A stretch of DNA of 64,000 nt from an uncultured Chloroflexia bacterium (GCA_963763775.1 CAVXPZ010000001.1:704001-768000); one strand, 5' to 3'. Shown: positions 18,155 to 28,945, numbered from the stretch's first letter. Numbers and translations are program-made. Notes: generated by a model not told the origin, from the letters alone.

Positions 18155-20467
18155 ATGCGAACGTACGCGCCCGCGGGCCCGGAAGCCGTCCTCGCCGACC
18201 TGCTCGAGGAGCCGTCGATCGCTCGCGGGGTCGTCCACCATGCGGTGCTGCCACCGCGAGCGGCCGTCCACGGCGAGTTCCCGTCCTGGCTGGACCCGAG
18301 GATCGTCGCCGGTCTCGCCTCACGCGACATCCATCGCCCGTACACGCACCAGGCCGAGGCCATCGAGGCGGTCCATGCGGGCGAGGACGTGGTCATCGTC
18401 ACGCCGACCGCGTCGGGCAAGACGCTCTGTTATGCGGTCCCGACACTCCAGGCGATCGCGGACGACCCAGCGGCCCGTGCCCTGTTCCTCTTCCCGACCA
18501 AGGCCCTCGGGCAGGACCAGGTCACCGAGTTCGGCGAGCTGGCGGCGGCCGCGGGGCTGTCGATCATGACCTCGACCTACGACGGGGACACGCCCGCCCC
18601 CATCCGCTCGGCGATCCGGGCCGCGGGGCAGGTCGTGGTGACCAACCCCGACATGCTGCACTCGGCGATCCTCCCCCACCACACGAAGTGGTTCCAGCTC
18701 TTCGAGCAACTCCGGATCATCGTCATCGACGAGCTGCACTCGTATCGCGGGGTGTTCGGCGGACACGTCGCCAACGTCCTGCGCCGCCTGCTCCGGATCT
18801 GCGCCCATTACGGGAGCCACCCGGTCATCGTGTGCTGCTCGGCGACGATCGGGAACCCCGGGGAGCTCGCCACGGCCTTGACCGGTCGGCCGACGCGGGT
18901 CGTGGACCGGACCGGGGCACCCACCGGCGAGCGCCACATCCTGCTCGTGGACCCGCCGGTGATCGAGCCGGCGAGCGGGGCCCGTGGGTCTGCCGCCACG
19001 CTGGCCCAGCGATGGGCCCTTCCGTTCCTGCGGGCCGGCCGGCAGACGATCGTGTTCGGCCGCTCCCGGGTGGCCGTCGAGATCCTGCTCACCGGGTTGC
19101 GCGAGTCGCTCCGCGAGAGCTACGGCCCGCGGAGCCGCGTCCGCGGCTATCGCGGCGGCTACCTCCCGACCGAGCGCCGCGCGATCGAGCGCGGCCTCCG
19201 CGACGGCGAGATCCTCGGGGTCGTCGCCACGAACGCGCTCGAGCTGGGCGTGGACATCGGCCGGCTGGACGCGTCGATCCTCGCGGGCTACCCGGGCTCG
19301 GTCGCAGCCACGTGGCAGCAGTTCGGCCGGGCCGGACGGCGGCAGGGCACGAGCGTCGCGGTCCTGGTCGCGTCGGGCGCCCCGGTCGACCAGTACGTCA
19401 TCCACCACCCGGAGTTCCTGCTCGAGGGGACGCCGGAGGAGGCCCGGCTCGACCCGGACAACCTGCACGTGCTGCTCGCGCACCTGCGCGCGGCCACGTT
19501 CGAGCTGCCGTTCGAGCCGGGCGAGGTCTTCGGCCCGGGGCCGGCCGACGACCTGCTGGCGTTCCTCCAGGAATCCGGGCACGTCCGACAGGCCGACGAT
19601 CTCCGCTGGTACTGGGCGAGCGAGAACTTTCCCGCATCGGAGATCTCGCTGCGGACCGCCGCGCCGGAGAACGTGGTCATCATCGACACGACGCCCGATC
19701 GCCCGCGTGTCCTCGGCGAGGTCGACCTCTTCAGCGCCCAGGTCCTCGTCCATGAACGGGCGATCTACATCCACGAATCGGTCCAGTACTACGTGGACCG
19801 CCTCGAGTGGGGCGAGCGCAAGGCCTACGTCCATCGGGTGGACGTCGACCACTACACCTACGCCAACCGGGCGGTCACCCTCAAGCCGCTGGAGGTGTTC
19901 GCGGAGGCACCCGCGACCGGTGGGCGACGGATCCACGGCGAGGTCATGGTCGCGAGCCTCGTCACCCTCTTCAAGAAGCTCAAGTTCCTGACCGACGAGA
20001 ACGTCGGCTGGGGGCCGATCGACCTGCCGGAGCTCGAGCTCCAGACCACGGCCTACTGGCTGACCGCCGACCACGCCCGCGACCGATGGCGGCACGACGA
20101 GCTCGATATCGCCCTGCTGGGCGCAGGACGAGCCATCCAGACGATCGCGTCGGTCCTGCTGATGGGCGATCCGCACGACCTCGGGCTCGTGACGCAGGTC
20201 CGCTCGCCGCATGCCGAGGAGCCGGTGATCTACCTCTATGAATCGGTGCCGGGTGGGATCGGGCTGGCCGAGCGGCTTTGGCAGCGCCACGACGAGCTCA
20301 TCGCGGGGGCTGCGGACCTCATCGCGACCTGCGGTTGCACCGACGGCTGTCCGGCCTGCACCGGACCACGGCCCGAACCGGGCATCGATGCTCGCGGGCT
20401 CGCCCTTCGGCTGCTTGGCGAGCTCGGCGCCGGACGGCCGGTGAGCGCAGCGGCAGCCCGCGGATGA
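18155..20467 (+). CDS. DEAH-box helicase with C-terminal DUF1998 (MrfA/YprA/Hrq1-like)
   Basis: TPTASGKT, DELH, SAT, TNALELGVD, QQFGRAGRR, C-terminal CGCTDGCPAC. Confidence 0.92.
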   Translation: MRTYAPAGPEAVLADLLEEPSIARGVVHHAVLPPRAAVHGEFPSWLDPRIVAGLASRDIHRPYTHQAEAIEAVHAGEDVVIVTPTASGKTLCYAVPTLQAIADDPAARALFLFPTKALGQDQVTEFGELAAAAGLSIMTSTYDGDTPAPIRSAIRAAGQVVVTNPDMLHSAILPHHTKWFQLFEQLRIIVIDELHSYRGVFGGHVANVLRRLLRICAHYGSHPVIVCCSATIGNPGELATALTGRPTRVVDRTGAPTGERHILLVDPPVIEPASGARGSAATLAQRWALPFLRAGRQTIVFGRSRVAVEILLTGLRESLRESYGPRSRVRGYRGGYLPTERRAIERGLRDGEILGVVATNALELGVDIGRLDASILAGYPGSVAATWQQFGRAGRRQGTSVAVLVASGAPVDQYVIHHPEFLLEGTPEEARLDPDNLHVLLAHLRAATFELPFEPGEVFGPGPADDLLAFLQESGHVRQADDLRWYWASENFPASEISLRTAAPENVVIIDTTPDRPRVLGEVDLFSAQVLVHERAIYIHESVQYYVDRLEWGERKAYVHRVDVDHYTYANRAVTLKPLEVFAEAPATGGRRIHGEVMVASLVTLFKKLKFLTDENVGWGPIDLPELELQTTAYWLTADHARDRWRHDELDIALLGAGRAIQTIASVLLMGDPHDLGLVTQVRSPHAEEPVIYLYESVPGGIGLAERLWQRHDELIAGAADLIATCGCTDGCPACTGPRPEPGIDARGLALRLLGELGAGRPVSAAAARG

Positions 20468-21966
20468 CCATCGAGGCGCCCGACCGTGCCGATGGCCTCG
20501 CTCGGCGGCTCGAGCGGTTCCGGGCGGCTACCCGCGGTCTGGCGACGGACCCGGCCGAGGGACCGACCGTCGTCGAGGCGAGCCGCGCGCTCGGTGCCCC
20601 GGTCCTCGCGGAGCGGCTCGCGGCGGCGGTCGACGGCGAGATCCTGCGGACCTCCCTCGGACTCGTCGTCCGCGCGGAAGGGCCGTCCCGCTCGATCCCG
20701 CTCGATCGGGACCGGCTCGCCCGGCTCCCCGGCCAGCCGGCGGCCGATGTGCCGCTCCTCTGCCTGGACACGGAGACCACCGGCCTGGCGACGGCCGCCG
20801 GGACCGTCGCCTTCCTCATCGGCCTGGGCTGGTGGGAGGCCGACCGGTTCCGCCAGGTCCAGCTCCTGCTGCCCGACCATGGCGAAGAACGCGCCCTGCT
20901 CGACGTCCTTCGGGCCACGATCCCCGGGAGCGGCTGGCTCGTGACCTACAACGGCCGCGGGTTCGACTGGCCGTTGCTCGAGACGCGGTATCGGATGGCC
21001 CGCCAGCCGGCGCCGGCACACGGCGGACACCTGGACCTCCTGCCCATCGCCCGCCGGCTCTTCCGCCATCGGCTCGAGGACGCGCGTCTCCGCTCGGTCG
21101 AGGACGGCGTGCTCGGGATCCAGCGCCACGGCGATGTCGAGGGCTGGGAGATCCCCCGCCGGTACCTCGGGTTCCTGCGCGGCGGTCCGGTCGGACCCGT
21201 CGTGGACATCGTCCGACACAACGACCAGGACGTCCGGTCGCTGGCCCGGTTGCTCGTGCACCTCGAGACCGGGTATGTCGAGCCCGACGTGCGGCGGACC
21301 GCGCCGCCCGGCGACCTCGCGGGACTGGCGCGCGCCTATGCCCGGGACGGACGCCTCGACGACGCGCTCGGCTGCTATGCCGACGCGATGGACGCGGCTG
21401 CGTCGGGCGCACCGCACGATGAGGCTCGAGCGCTCGCGGTGCCCATCGCGGTGCCGCCGCAACCGGCGACCCCGTGGTGGTCCGCCGCGGTTCCGGCGGA
21501 CTTCGGCGGACGCCCGACCGCCGCGTGGCGTCGGGACCGGCCGGACCGTGTCGCGGCCTTCGCCGCGCCGTGGACGACCGAGCGGATCGCCGTCGAGCAC
21601 GCGCATCTCCTTCGCCGACTCGGCCGCTGGGAGGACGCCGCGGACGCCTGGGCCTCGCTGGCGGCCGGACCGGGCCGCGTCGCGATCGTCGCGGCGGTCG
21701 AGCTGGCCAAGCTGCACGAACACCGGCGCCGGGACGTCGCCGCGGCGCTCGCGACCGTCGTGAGCGGACTGACGCTCGCGGAGCGGCGGCGGCACATCGG
21801 CCGCCCGGAACCTCGGCTCGAGGCCGACCTCTGCCGTCGCGCGGCGCGGCTGCGACGGCGCGCCATCCTGGCACGCGCCCAGCCGACTGCTGGGGCCGCG
21901 TCGATCAGTCCGGTCCCGGGATCGCGCCGACCTGTCCGGCCGTCGTCGGCACGATCGCCCGCCTGA
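20464..21966 (+). CDS. RNase H-like DEDD exonuclease with TPR-like tail (MrfB/YprB-like)
   Basis: LDTETTG, YNGRGFD, HLDLL, HNDQD; ATGA overlap with the helicase. Confidence 0.85.
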   Translation: MTIEAPDRADGLARRLERFRAATRGLATDPAEGPTVVEASRALGAPVLAERLAAAVDGEILRTSLGLVVRAEGPSRSIPLDRDRLARLPGQPAADVPLLCLDTETTGLATAAGTVAFLIGLGWWEADRFRQVQLLLPDHGEERALLDVLRATIPGSGWLVTYNGRGFDWPLLETRYRMARQPAPAHGGHLDLLPIARRLFRHRLEDARLRSVEDGVLGIQRHGDVEGWEIPRRYLGFLRGGPVGPVVDIVRHNDQDVRSLARLLVHLETGYVEPDVRRTAPPGDLAGLARAYARDGRLDDALGCYADAMDAAASGAPHDEARALAVPIAVPPQPATPWWSAAVPADFGGRPTAAWRRDRPDRVAAFAAPWTTERIAVEHAHLLRRLGRWEDAADAWASLAAGPGRVAIVAAVELAKLHEHRRRDVAAALATVVSGLTLAERRRHIGRPEPRLEADLCRRAARLRRRAILARAQPTAGAASISPVPGSRRPVRPSSARSPA

Positions 21967-22873
21967 CCCGCTCTCGGGCGCGCCGCAACAGCACGGCCGC
22001 CCGGTCCGGGACACCGGCGAGCCCGCGGCCCTCGACGGCGAGCGAGCCCGCGGCCGCGGCGAACCGCAGGTCGAGGCGATACCGCGTCCGGCGGCGGCCG
22101 ACGATGGCCGGACGCAGCACCGAGGCGTGGAGCGCGGCGAGGAACGTGTCGCCGGCCCCGGTCGGGTCGACCTCGCGGTCCGTCGTGGTCGGAAGGTAGC
22201 GCAGCGTCTCGGTCGGGCCGTCGTCGCCGACGTGGATCAGGAGCCCTCCGTCCGCGCCACGGGTCACGAGCAGGTCCGCGCCGGGATGGAGCAGCTGCCA
22301 CAGCTCGGCGACCGGCGTCTCGGGAGCGACATCGTGATGGCTCACGCCGACCAGGTCTGCACGCTGCAGGATCGGCGACCCCTGGGGGACGCGACGGGTC
22401 ACCAGCCGGCCCGGAGCGAGGTCGCGAAGGAACCCCTGCCAGGCGACCCCGACGTAGGCGTCGGCCGGGATGACGGCCGCCCACTCGTCGGCGATCTCAC
22501 CCGCGACCGGCACCATGGACCACCCCCGAGCGGCGAGCCAGGCGTCCGGCAGGGCCGGGATCGGAAGCGGAACGCCGACCTGGACACATGTCTGGACGCG
22601 GCCCGCTTCGGTTTCGACGTTGTGGTAGATCGGCCCCTCGGGCAACGGCACGCGCAGGATGTCGACGCCGGCGTCCCGCAGGATCCCGAGTTCGTCGGCG
22701 ACGCTCGCCTCCGCGTCCACGCCGATGACGGCCGCCGTCCGCAGCCCGAGCCGCGCCGTCGTCAGCGCCGCGTACGTGACGCCCCCGCCCAGCCTCCAGC
22801 CGCGCGGGTCGTCAGGCGCGACGTCGCGGCAGGCGGAGCCGACGTGGACCACCTCGACGCGGGAGCGGGGCAT
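21905..22873 (-). CDS. PfkB-family carbohydrate kinase
   Basis: GGGVTY, VTRGADG, DPTGAGDTF. Confidence 0.87.
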   Translation of the reverse strand: MPRSRVEVVHVGSACRDVAPDDPRGWRLGGGVTYAALTTARLGLRTAAVIGVDAEASVADELGILRDAGVDILRVPLPEGPIYHNVETEAGRVQTCVQVGVPLPIPALPDAWLAARGWSMVPVAGEIADEWAAVIPADAYVGVAWQGFLRDLAPGRLVTRRVPQGSPILQRADLVGVSHHDVAPETPVAELWQLLHPGADLLVTRGADGGLLIHVGDDGPTETLRYLPTTTDREVDPTGAGDTFLAALHASVLRPAIVGRRRTRYRLDLRFAAAAGSLAVEGRGLAGVPDRAAVLLRRARERVRRAIVPTTAGQVGAIPGPD

Positions 22874-22927
22874 GGCACCTCCGGGCGTATACTGCCGGCC
22901 CCATCACACCGATCCTGGAGCCAGGCC

Positions 22928-23311
22928 GTGTTCTTCTACGAACTCCATGAAGGCGATACCGAGGTCTACTCGGACGTCCTCGTCATGAGCGAATCCGAGT
23001 GGGAGGCTGACGAGTTCTTCGAGCTCGTCCAGACCATCCGGCGCAAGATCCAGGACTCGTTCGAGCACGATACCCTCATCGAGTCGATCGCCGTCGAACT
23101 CGAGCGCGACCACGACTTCGTCTACGTCAGCGACGACCGTCTCGTCGCCGCGGTCAACGTCTCGACGGTCGAGGCCGAGAACTTCCTCGCCGAACTCGAG
23201 GTCGACCTCGCGGACCGCGAAGAGGACGACGAGGACGACGACCCGGGCGGCACCGATGCCGACTACAAGGCGATCCTCGTCGACTTCGACCCGGGCGGCC
23301 GGCTGAACTAG
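22928..23311 (+). CDS. acidic hypothetical protein (127 aa)
   Basis: GTG start with GGAG RBS and TATACT upstream; protein-like 3' part of the 22127 ORF (VFFYELHEGD...). Confidence 0.7.
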   Translation: MFFYELHEGDTEVYSDVLVMSESEWEADEFFELVQTIRRKIQDSFEHDTLIESIAVELERDHDFVYVSDDRLVAAVNVSTVEAENFLAELEVDLADREEDDEDDDPGGTDADYKAILVDFDPGGRLN

Positions 23312-23386
23312 CCGGGTCGCCGGGACGCGCCACGCGGCCGGGGCCCAGACGATCGCGAGCGCCAGGCCCCTGGCGAGCGCCGGACC

Positions 23387-24490
23387 CTACTTGCTGAAGA
23401 GGATCTCCACGACGTCGCCGTCGTGCACGTGGTAGGTCTTGCCCTCGGAGCGCAGCCTCCCGTGCTTGCGCGCCTCGGCCATCGACCCGAGCGTGACGAG
23501 GTCCTCGTACGACACGGTCTCGGCGCGGATGAACCCCTTGGCGAGGTCCGTGTGGATCGCGCCGGCCGCGTCCACGGCCGTGGAGCCGTCGCGGATCGGC
23601 CAGGCTCGCACCTCGTCGGGCCCGGCCGTGAGGAACGAGATGAGCCCGAGCAGGCGATACGACAGGGCGATCACGCGGTCGAGCCCGGACTCGGCGATGC
23701 CGAGCTCTTCCATGAACACGGCTGCCTCGTCGGGTTCGAGCTCGCCGAGCTCCATCTCGATCCGGGCGGACAGCGCGTCGACGATCGCGTCCTGGTGCTC
23801 GTAGCCCGCCGAGATGCGCGAGATGAGGCTCGCCGCGGTCGCGAGGTCGCCCTCGCCGACGTTGAGGAGCACGAGCACGGGCTTCTGCGAGAGGAATCGG
23901 AAGCCGCGGATCGCCTTCTCCTCGTCGGCATCGAGCGCGAGGTCGCGGATCGGCCGACCCGTCTGCAGGCCCTCGTGGATCCGCGCGAGGACGACCCCTT
24001 CACGCTCGGCGGCTTCGCGTTCGGCGGGTGTCCCGTGACGGCCGCTCCCCTCCAGGCGTTCGAGCCGCCGCTCGGTCATGGCGAGGTCGGCGAGCACGAA
24101 CTCCAGATCGAGACGCTCGAGGTCCCGGGCCGGGTCGACGCTGCCGTCGGGGTGCGGATGCGCGGCGTTCTCGAACGCGCGGACGACGTGGAGCAACGCG
24201 TCGGAGTCCCGGAGCCGCGCGAGGTGGTCGGCGGGCAGCTCCTCGGTCCCGACGTGCCCCTCGGTCGAGGCAGGCGGGGCCGGCAGGTCCACGTACGTCA
24301 CATCCGCATGGATGATCTTCTTCGGCTTGAAGATCTCGGCCAGGCGGTCGAGCCGGGCGTCCGGGACCTTCACGACGCCGACGTTGAGCGTGACGCCACC
24401 GAAGCCGCCGGTCTCGGCGTGGCCGCGGGTGAGCGTGTTGAAGACGGTCGTCTTGCCCGATCCGGCAAGACCGACGATGGCGATCTGCAT
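23387..24490 (-). CDS. ychF: redox-regulated ATPase YchF
   Basis: GLAGSGKTT, LLHVVRAF, C-terminal TGS region AGAIHTDLAKGFIRAE. Confidence 0.92.
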   Translation of the reverse strand: MQIAIVGLAGSGKTTVFNTLTRGHAETGGFGGVTLNVGVVKVPDARLDRLAEIFKPKKIIHADVTYVDLPAPPASTEGHVGTEELPADHLARLRDSDALLHVVRAFENAAHPHPDGSVDPARDLERLDLEFVLADLAMTERRLERLEGSGRHGTPAEREAAEREGVVLARIHEGLQTGRPIRDLALDADEEKAIRGFRFLSQKPVLVLLNVGEGDLATAASLISRISAGYEHQDAIVDALSARIEMELGELEPDEAAVFMEELGIAESGLDRVIALSYRLLGLISFLTAGPDEVRAWPIRDGSTAVDAAGAIHTDLAKGFIRAETVSYEDLVTLGSMAEARKHGRLRSEGKTYHVHDGDVVEILFSK

Positions 24491-24530
24491 GGTGAGCAGC
24501 GTAGCGGCGCCGGGCGCCGCGCGCCGACGG

Positions 24531-25640
24531 TCAGTAGCCGGCGGTCGGATCCACCACGTTCAGGAGCGTCTCGCCGGCCGCGAACCGCCGCAGGTTCTCG
24601 CAGAACAGCTCGACGCTGCGGTCGAGGACGCGCCCGCTCGACCACGCCGTATGGGGCGTCACGATGACGTTCGGCAGGTCGTAGAAGGACGACATCGGCG
24701 GGAGCGGCTCGTCGTGGAAGGTGTCGAGCACGGCGCCCCCCAGTGGCCCGTCGCGCAGGGCCCGCAGCAGCGCTCGCTCGTCCACCAGCCGACCGCGGGC
24801 CACGTTGATGAGCCACGCTCCGGGCTTGACCATCGCCAGGGTGCGGTCGTTGATCATCTCCTCGGTCTCGGGCGTCAGCGGGGCCGCGAGCACGATGAAG
24901 TCCGACTCCGCGAGCAGCTCGGGCAACGTCTCCGGTCCTCCGACACGGTCGAGCGTGACCTCGCCGAACCCGTCGTCGCCCGTCGACCGTCCGTCGGCCG
25001 CGGCGCTCGTGGCGGTGGCCGCGCCGGTCGACGCGGACCCGTCCGGGCCATCGCCGTGGCGCCGGACCGCGATCACCCGGCAGCCGAAGGCCGTCGCCAA
25101 CCCGCCGACGGCCCGCCCGAGCGACCCGAGCCCCACGATCCCGACCGTCACGTCGCGCAGCTCCGCGCCCTCGAGGGGCTGCCACGTCCGCTCGCGCTGG
25201 AGTTCGAGGAGCTGCGGCAATCGCCGGCTGACCGCCAGGATCATCATCAGCACGTACTCGGCGATGGGCCGACTGAAGACGCCGCGAGCGTTGGTGACCA
25301 CGAGGCCGCGCTGGCGGGCGGCCGGCGTGAGTGCCCGCTCCACTCCCGATGTGGCCGAGTGGACCCAGGAGAGCCGCGGCGCCCGCACGAGGAGTCGGTC
25401 GAAGGCGTCGGGTCCGAGCCAGCCGCGCAGCATCACCTCGACGTCCTCGAGCGGGCCGTCCGCGAGGCCCTCCACGGACACCGTGACGAGGCGCGCGCCC
25501 GGCGCGGCGGCCCGGATCCGCTCGAGGTCGCGCGACCGGTAGCGGGCGGAGAGGATCGGGCTCAGGGCGATCGCCGTCGGCGCCCCACCGGGACCGCTGC
25601 CGGGGCCGGCGCGGCGGACGATGTCGGCGGGCTCGCTCAT
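24531..25640 (-). CDS. D-2-hydroxyacid dehydrogenase
   Basis: GLGSLG, INVARG, DTFHDEPL, TPHTAW. Confidence 0.9.
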   Translation of the reverse strand: MSEPADIVRRAGPGSGPGGAPTAIALSPILSARYRSRDLERIRAAAPGARLVTVSVEGLADGPLEDVEVMLRGWLGPDAFDRLLVRAPRLSWVHSATSGVERALTPAARQRGLVVTNARGVFSRPIAEYVLMMILAVSRRLPQLLELQRERTWQPLEGAELRDVTVGIVGLGSLGRAVGGLATAFGCRVIAVRRHGDGPDGSASTGAATATSAAADGRSTGDDGFGEVTLDRVGGPETLPELLAESDFIVLAAPLTPETEEMINDRTLAMVKPGAWLINVARGRLVDERALLRALRDGPLGGAVLDTFHDEPLPPMSSFYDLPNVIVTPHTAWSSGRVLDRSVELFCENLRRFAAGETLLNVVDPTAGY

Positions 25641-26869
25641 CCGGGCGCCTCCGGTCCCGGAAGCAGGGCTGGCGTGGCGTCCATCACGCGGGCGATCCAC
25701 CGTTCGGGCGTCTCGATCTCGCCGTCGCGGGGCAGCGTCTCCGGGCCGTCCCAGAGCCGGGTGAGCGCCGACGGCCCGCGCGCCTCCGCGATCATGCGGA
25801 CGAAGCGCTCCCCCTTCTTGTACTGCTCCATCTTGAGGTCCATGCCCGTCAAGCGGAGCATCGAGCGCTCGAACGCGGTCCGACGCGAGCGCCGATCGTG
25901 GAACCGGGCGCTGATCCTCTCCACGTCGGGGACGAGGTCACGGCCCACTTCGTCCATGACGTAGTCGCTGAACCCCTCGAGCAGGCTCATCACGGCCTGG
26001 GTCTCGCGGAAGAGCTGCCGCTGCTCCGGTCCCATCAGCCGCTCCATCCAGTGCCCGCCGTCGGACTCGCCGCGCAGCGTCCGCCCGAGGCCGCGGAGCG
26101 CCTCGCGTCCCAGGTCCCTGGCATCGCGGCTGAACAGCGTCAGCTGCCGTTCCAGGCGCGAGGCGAGGTACGGCCGGAGCCACGGATGCGCCTCGAACTC
26201 GAACGCGTGGGTCGTCTCGTGGAGGGCGATCCACGTTCGGAACGGCCCGAGCGGGACGCGCAGGCTCGCCGCCGTCGCCCGGATGTTCTCCTCGACGAAC
26301 AGCAGGCGACCCGGCGCCTGCTCGGCCGAGAGGAGGGCCAGGTCGTACTGGCCGAGGACGCGCGCGCCCATGAACCCGAGCAGGAATCCGAGCTGGCGGG
26401 TCGTGACCCAGCGGTTCGCGAGCGCCATCGTGGCCTTGGCGAGGCCGCCGCCGGGCGGGACGACCTGGTCGAGCAGCTCGACCTCGAGCTTGCCGATGAG
26501 CGAGGCGAAGGTCTCGGTGTTGGCCCGGACCCAGCCGGCACGGTCGACGACGCCGGACCGTTCGACGACGCCCGGCAGCTCGGTCCCGAGGGCCGACGAG
26601 AGCGCTGGGACGATCTCGGTCATGGCGGCGGCATAGGCCGGTTCCGTGGCGGCCAGCTCGGCCGCGCTGAGCGTGCCGGGCGCCTTTTCGAGACGGGCGA
26701 TGGCGATCCGCTCGACGGCGGGCCAGTCGACGAGCCCGCGGCGCGCGGACCGCTCCGCGTGCCGGCCGACGACGGTGGCCGCGGCACCGAGGGCCGAGCC
26801 GATCAGGAACCCGGCCTGCCAGACCCGGTCATCGCGCCAGGCAGAGCGACGGCCCGCGGGGCCGGTCAT
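25637..26869 (-). CDS. zinc-dependent metalloprotease (DUF2342 zincin)
   Basis: HETTH, MSLLEG, VLGQYD, K..QYKKG. Confidence 0.87.
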   Translation of the reverse strand: MTGPAGRRSAWRDDRVWQAGFLIGSALGAAATVVGRHAERSARRGLVDWPAVERIAIARLEKAPGTLSAAELAATEPAYAAAMTEIVPALSSALGTELPGVVERSGVVDRAGWVRANTETFASLIGKLEVELLDQVVPPGGGLAKATMALANRWVTTRQLGFLLGFMGARVLGQYDLALLSAEQAPGRLLFVEENIRATAASLRVPLGPFRTWIALHETTHAFEFEAHPWLRPYLASRLERQLTLFSRDARDLGREALRGLGRTLRGESDGGHWMERLMGPEQRQLFRETQAVMSLLEGFSDYVMDEVGRDLVPDVERISARFHDRRSRRTAFERSMLRLTGMDLKMEQYKKGERFVRMIAEARGPSALTRLWDGPETLPRDGEIETPERWIARVMDATPALLPGPEAPG

Positions 26870-27786
26870 CGGGCCGCCACGGCGAGATCGACCGGCTCGA
26901 CGTCCGGGAACGCGGCGCCGAACATCCGCTCGGCGATCGAGCGGAATCGGTCGACGTCGCCGGTCGTGAGCTGGAGGTGGACGGCCGTCGCGGCCGTCTC
27001 ATCCGGTCGGTCGTGGCCCGCGGCCCCGGCATCGGCGGCCGTCCCGCGTGTGGACCCGGGCGCCTCGAGCGCGTTGATGGTCAGGAGCTGGGCGAGCGCG
27101 GACGCCGTCGCGGTGGCGGAATCGACGATCGCGACGCGCTCCCCGGCGGCCGCGGCGATGAGCGGCCGGAGCAGCGGGTAGTGGGTGCAGCCGAGGAGCA
27201 GCGTGTCGACGGTCGCGCCGGGCGGCCGCGGGAAGATCGACTCGCCGTCCGCGTCGCGCTCGCCGAACAGCGGCGCGAGCGCGTGCGCGATCGTGGCTTC
27301 GGCGCCCGGGCCCTGGAGCTCGCCGGCCTCGACGAGCGGCACCAGGGCCGGCGTGGCGTGCTCGTAGACCTCGATCGCGGGGTTCTCGTCCTTGATGGCG
27401 GCGAAGTACGCGTGGGACCGGATGGTCGCGGGTGTCGCGATGACCCCGACCCGCCGGTTGCGCGTCGCGAGGGCCGCCGCCGACGCCCCGGGCCGGATGA
27501 CGCCGAGGACCGGCAGGTCGTAGCGGCGGCGGAACGCCTCGATGCCGACCGCGGTCGAGGTGTTGCAGGCCACGACCAGGGCCTTGACGTCGCGCTCCAC
27601 GAGCGCGTCGAGCGCCTGCGTCGAGAACGTGCGCACCTCGTCGTCGGGACGGACGCCGTAGGGCGCTCGCGCGTTGTCCCCGAGGTAGATGGTGGATTCC
27701 GCCGGGGAGCGGCGCAGGATCTCCTGGAGGACCGTCAACCCGCCGACGCCGGAGTCGAACACCCCGATCGGCCGGGGATCGGACAT
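26866..27786 (-). CDS. murI: glutamate racemase
   Basis: FDSGVGGLTV, ACNT, LGCTHYP. Confidence 0.95.
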   Translation of the reverse strand: MSDPRPIGVFDSGVGGLTVLQEILRRSPAESTIYLGDNARAPYGVRPDDEVRTFSTQALDALVERDVKALVVACNTSTAVGIEAFRRRYDLPVLGVIRPGASAAALATRNRRVGVIATPATIRSHAYFAAIKDENPAIEVYEHATPALVPLVEAGELQGPGAEATIAHALAPLFGERDADGESIFPRPPGATVDTLLLGCTHYPLLRPLIAAAAGERVAIVDSATATASALAQLLTINALEAPGSTRGTAADAGAAGHDRPDETAATAVHLQLTTGDVDRFRSIAERMFGAAFPDVEPVDLAVAAR

Positions 27787-27795
27787 CAGGCCCGC

Positions 27796-28945
27796 CTAGC
27801 GCAGCGCGGCAGCCGGCGCCCGCACCGACCCGAGCAGCTCGCTCGCCAGCCGCGCGAGGTCCTGGGAGATCGGCGCGTCGGGGTTCGCCAGGACGAACGG
27901 CACGCCCTCGTTGTTCGACTGCACGACGAGGAGGCCGTCCGACACCACGCTGTGTTCGGGGACTCGGCCGATCGCCCGCTGGAGCGTCGCGGCGTCGATG
28001 CCGCCGGCGCTGTCCGCGCGGTTGACGAGGTAGCGGACCTTCGTCGCCGGGTATCCGATGGCCCGGAACGTGTCCGCCATCGCGACCGTGTTGTGGATCG
28101 TCGTCGAGTCGTAGGTGACGATCTCGACGATCGTGTCGGCGGCGTCGAGCAGGGCGAGGTTGACGTCGCTCAGGTAGCTCGACATGTCGATGACGATCGC
28201 GCCGTACACGCGGCGCAGGAGCGAGAGGACCTTCTCGACGTCGCGGGGCGTGACCATCTCGGCCATCTCGATCCGCGGCGGCGCCAGCAGGATGTCGATC
28301 CCCGAGGGGTCCCGCCAGAGGACGTCGCCGAGGTCGGATTCGGCGATCCGGTCGGTCGGCAGATCGAGGATGGAGGGCGCATCGGTCGGCACCTTCAGGA
28401 GGGCCCGGAGGTCGCCGAACTGGAGGCTGCCGTCGATCAGCACGGTGCGCTGGTCCATCTGGCCGAGCGAGACCGCGAGATTGAAGGCGATCGTGGTCTT
28501 GCCGACGCCACCCTTGGGGGCGAAGACGGCGAAGATCTTCGTCCCGGCGCTGACCTGCTCGGCCTCGAACGCCTTGCGGACGGCGCCGATCCGGTTGATC
28601 AGGTCGAACCCGGAGAACGGCATCGACAGCACGCCGTGGATCCCGCGGTCCGGCTCCGGCTCGACGGGGTTCTGGGGCACCGTCATGACGATGACCGGGT
28701 ACCCCCAGATCCGACTTGTGGATCTGTTCGACGAGGCTGAGGCCCTTGACGCGGCCCTGGAGCAGGGCGTCGACCATGACGACGTCCGGTCGCAGCTCCT
28801 GGATCTGTCCGAGGGCCTTGCCGCCGTCGGTGATCACGTCGAGCAGTTTCACCTTGGCCTGGGCGTTGAGCAGGCCGCGGATGTACTGGGCGACTTGCGG
28901 CACGTCCTCGACGATCAGCAGCCGTGTCTGGTCACTCGATGCCAT
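27796..28945 (-). CDS. receiver domain + CpaE/TadZ/MinD-like ATPase, frameshifted near 28697
   Basis: REC domain (LLIVED..PDVVMVD) in the 28984 frame; deviant Walker A PKGGVGKTT in the 28686 frame; joined by removing one base. Confidence 0.83.

Noticed and set aside
18155-21966. DUF1998 helicase as a DISARM/Druantia defence component
   Set aside because: Paired with a YprB-like exonuclease as in MrfAB repair; no methylase, PLD or other defence genes adjacent.
28690-28705. Programmed frameshift between the REC and ATPase domains
   Set aside because: No slippery heptamer or stimulatory structure, and the window has many similar indels.
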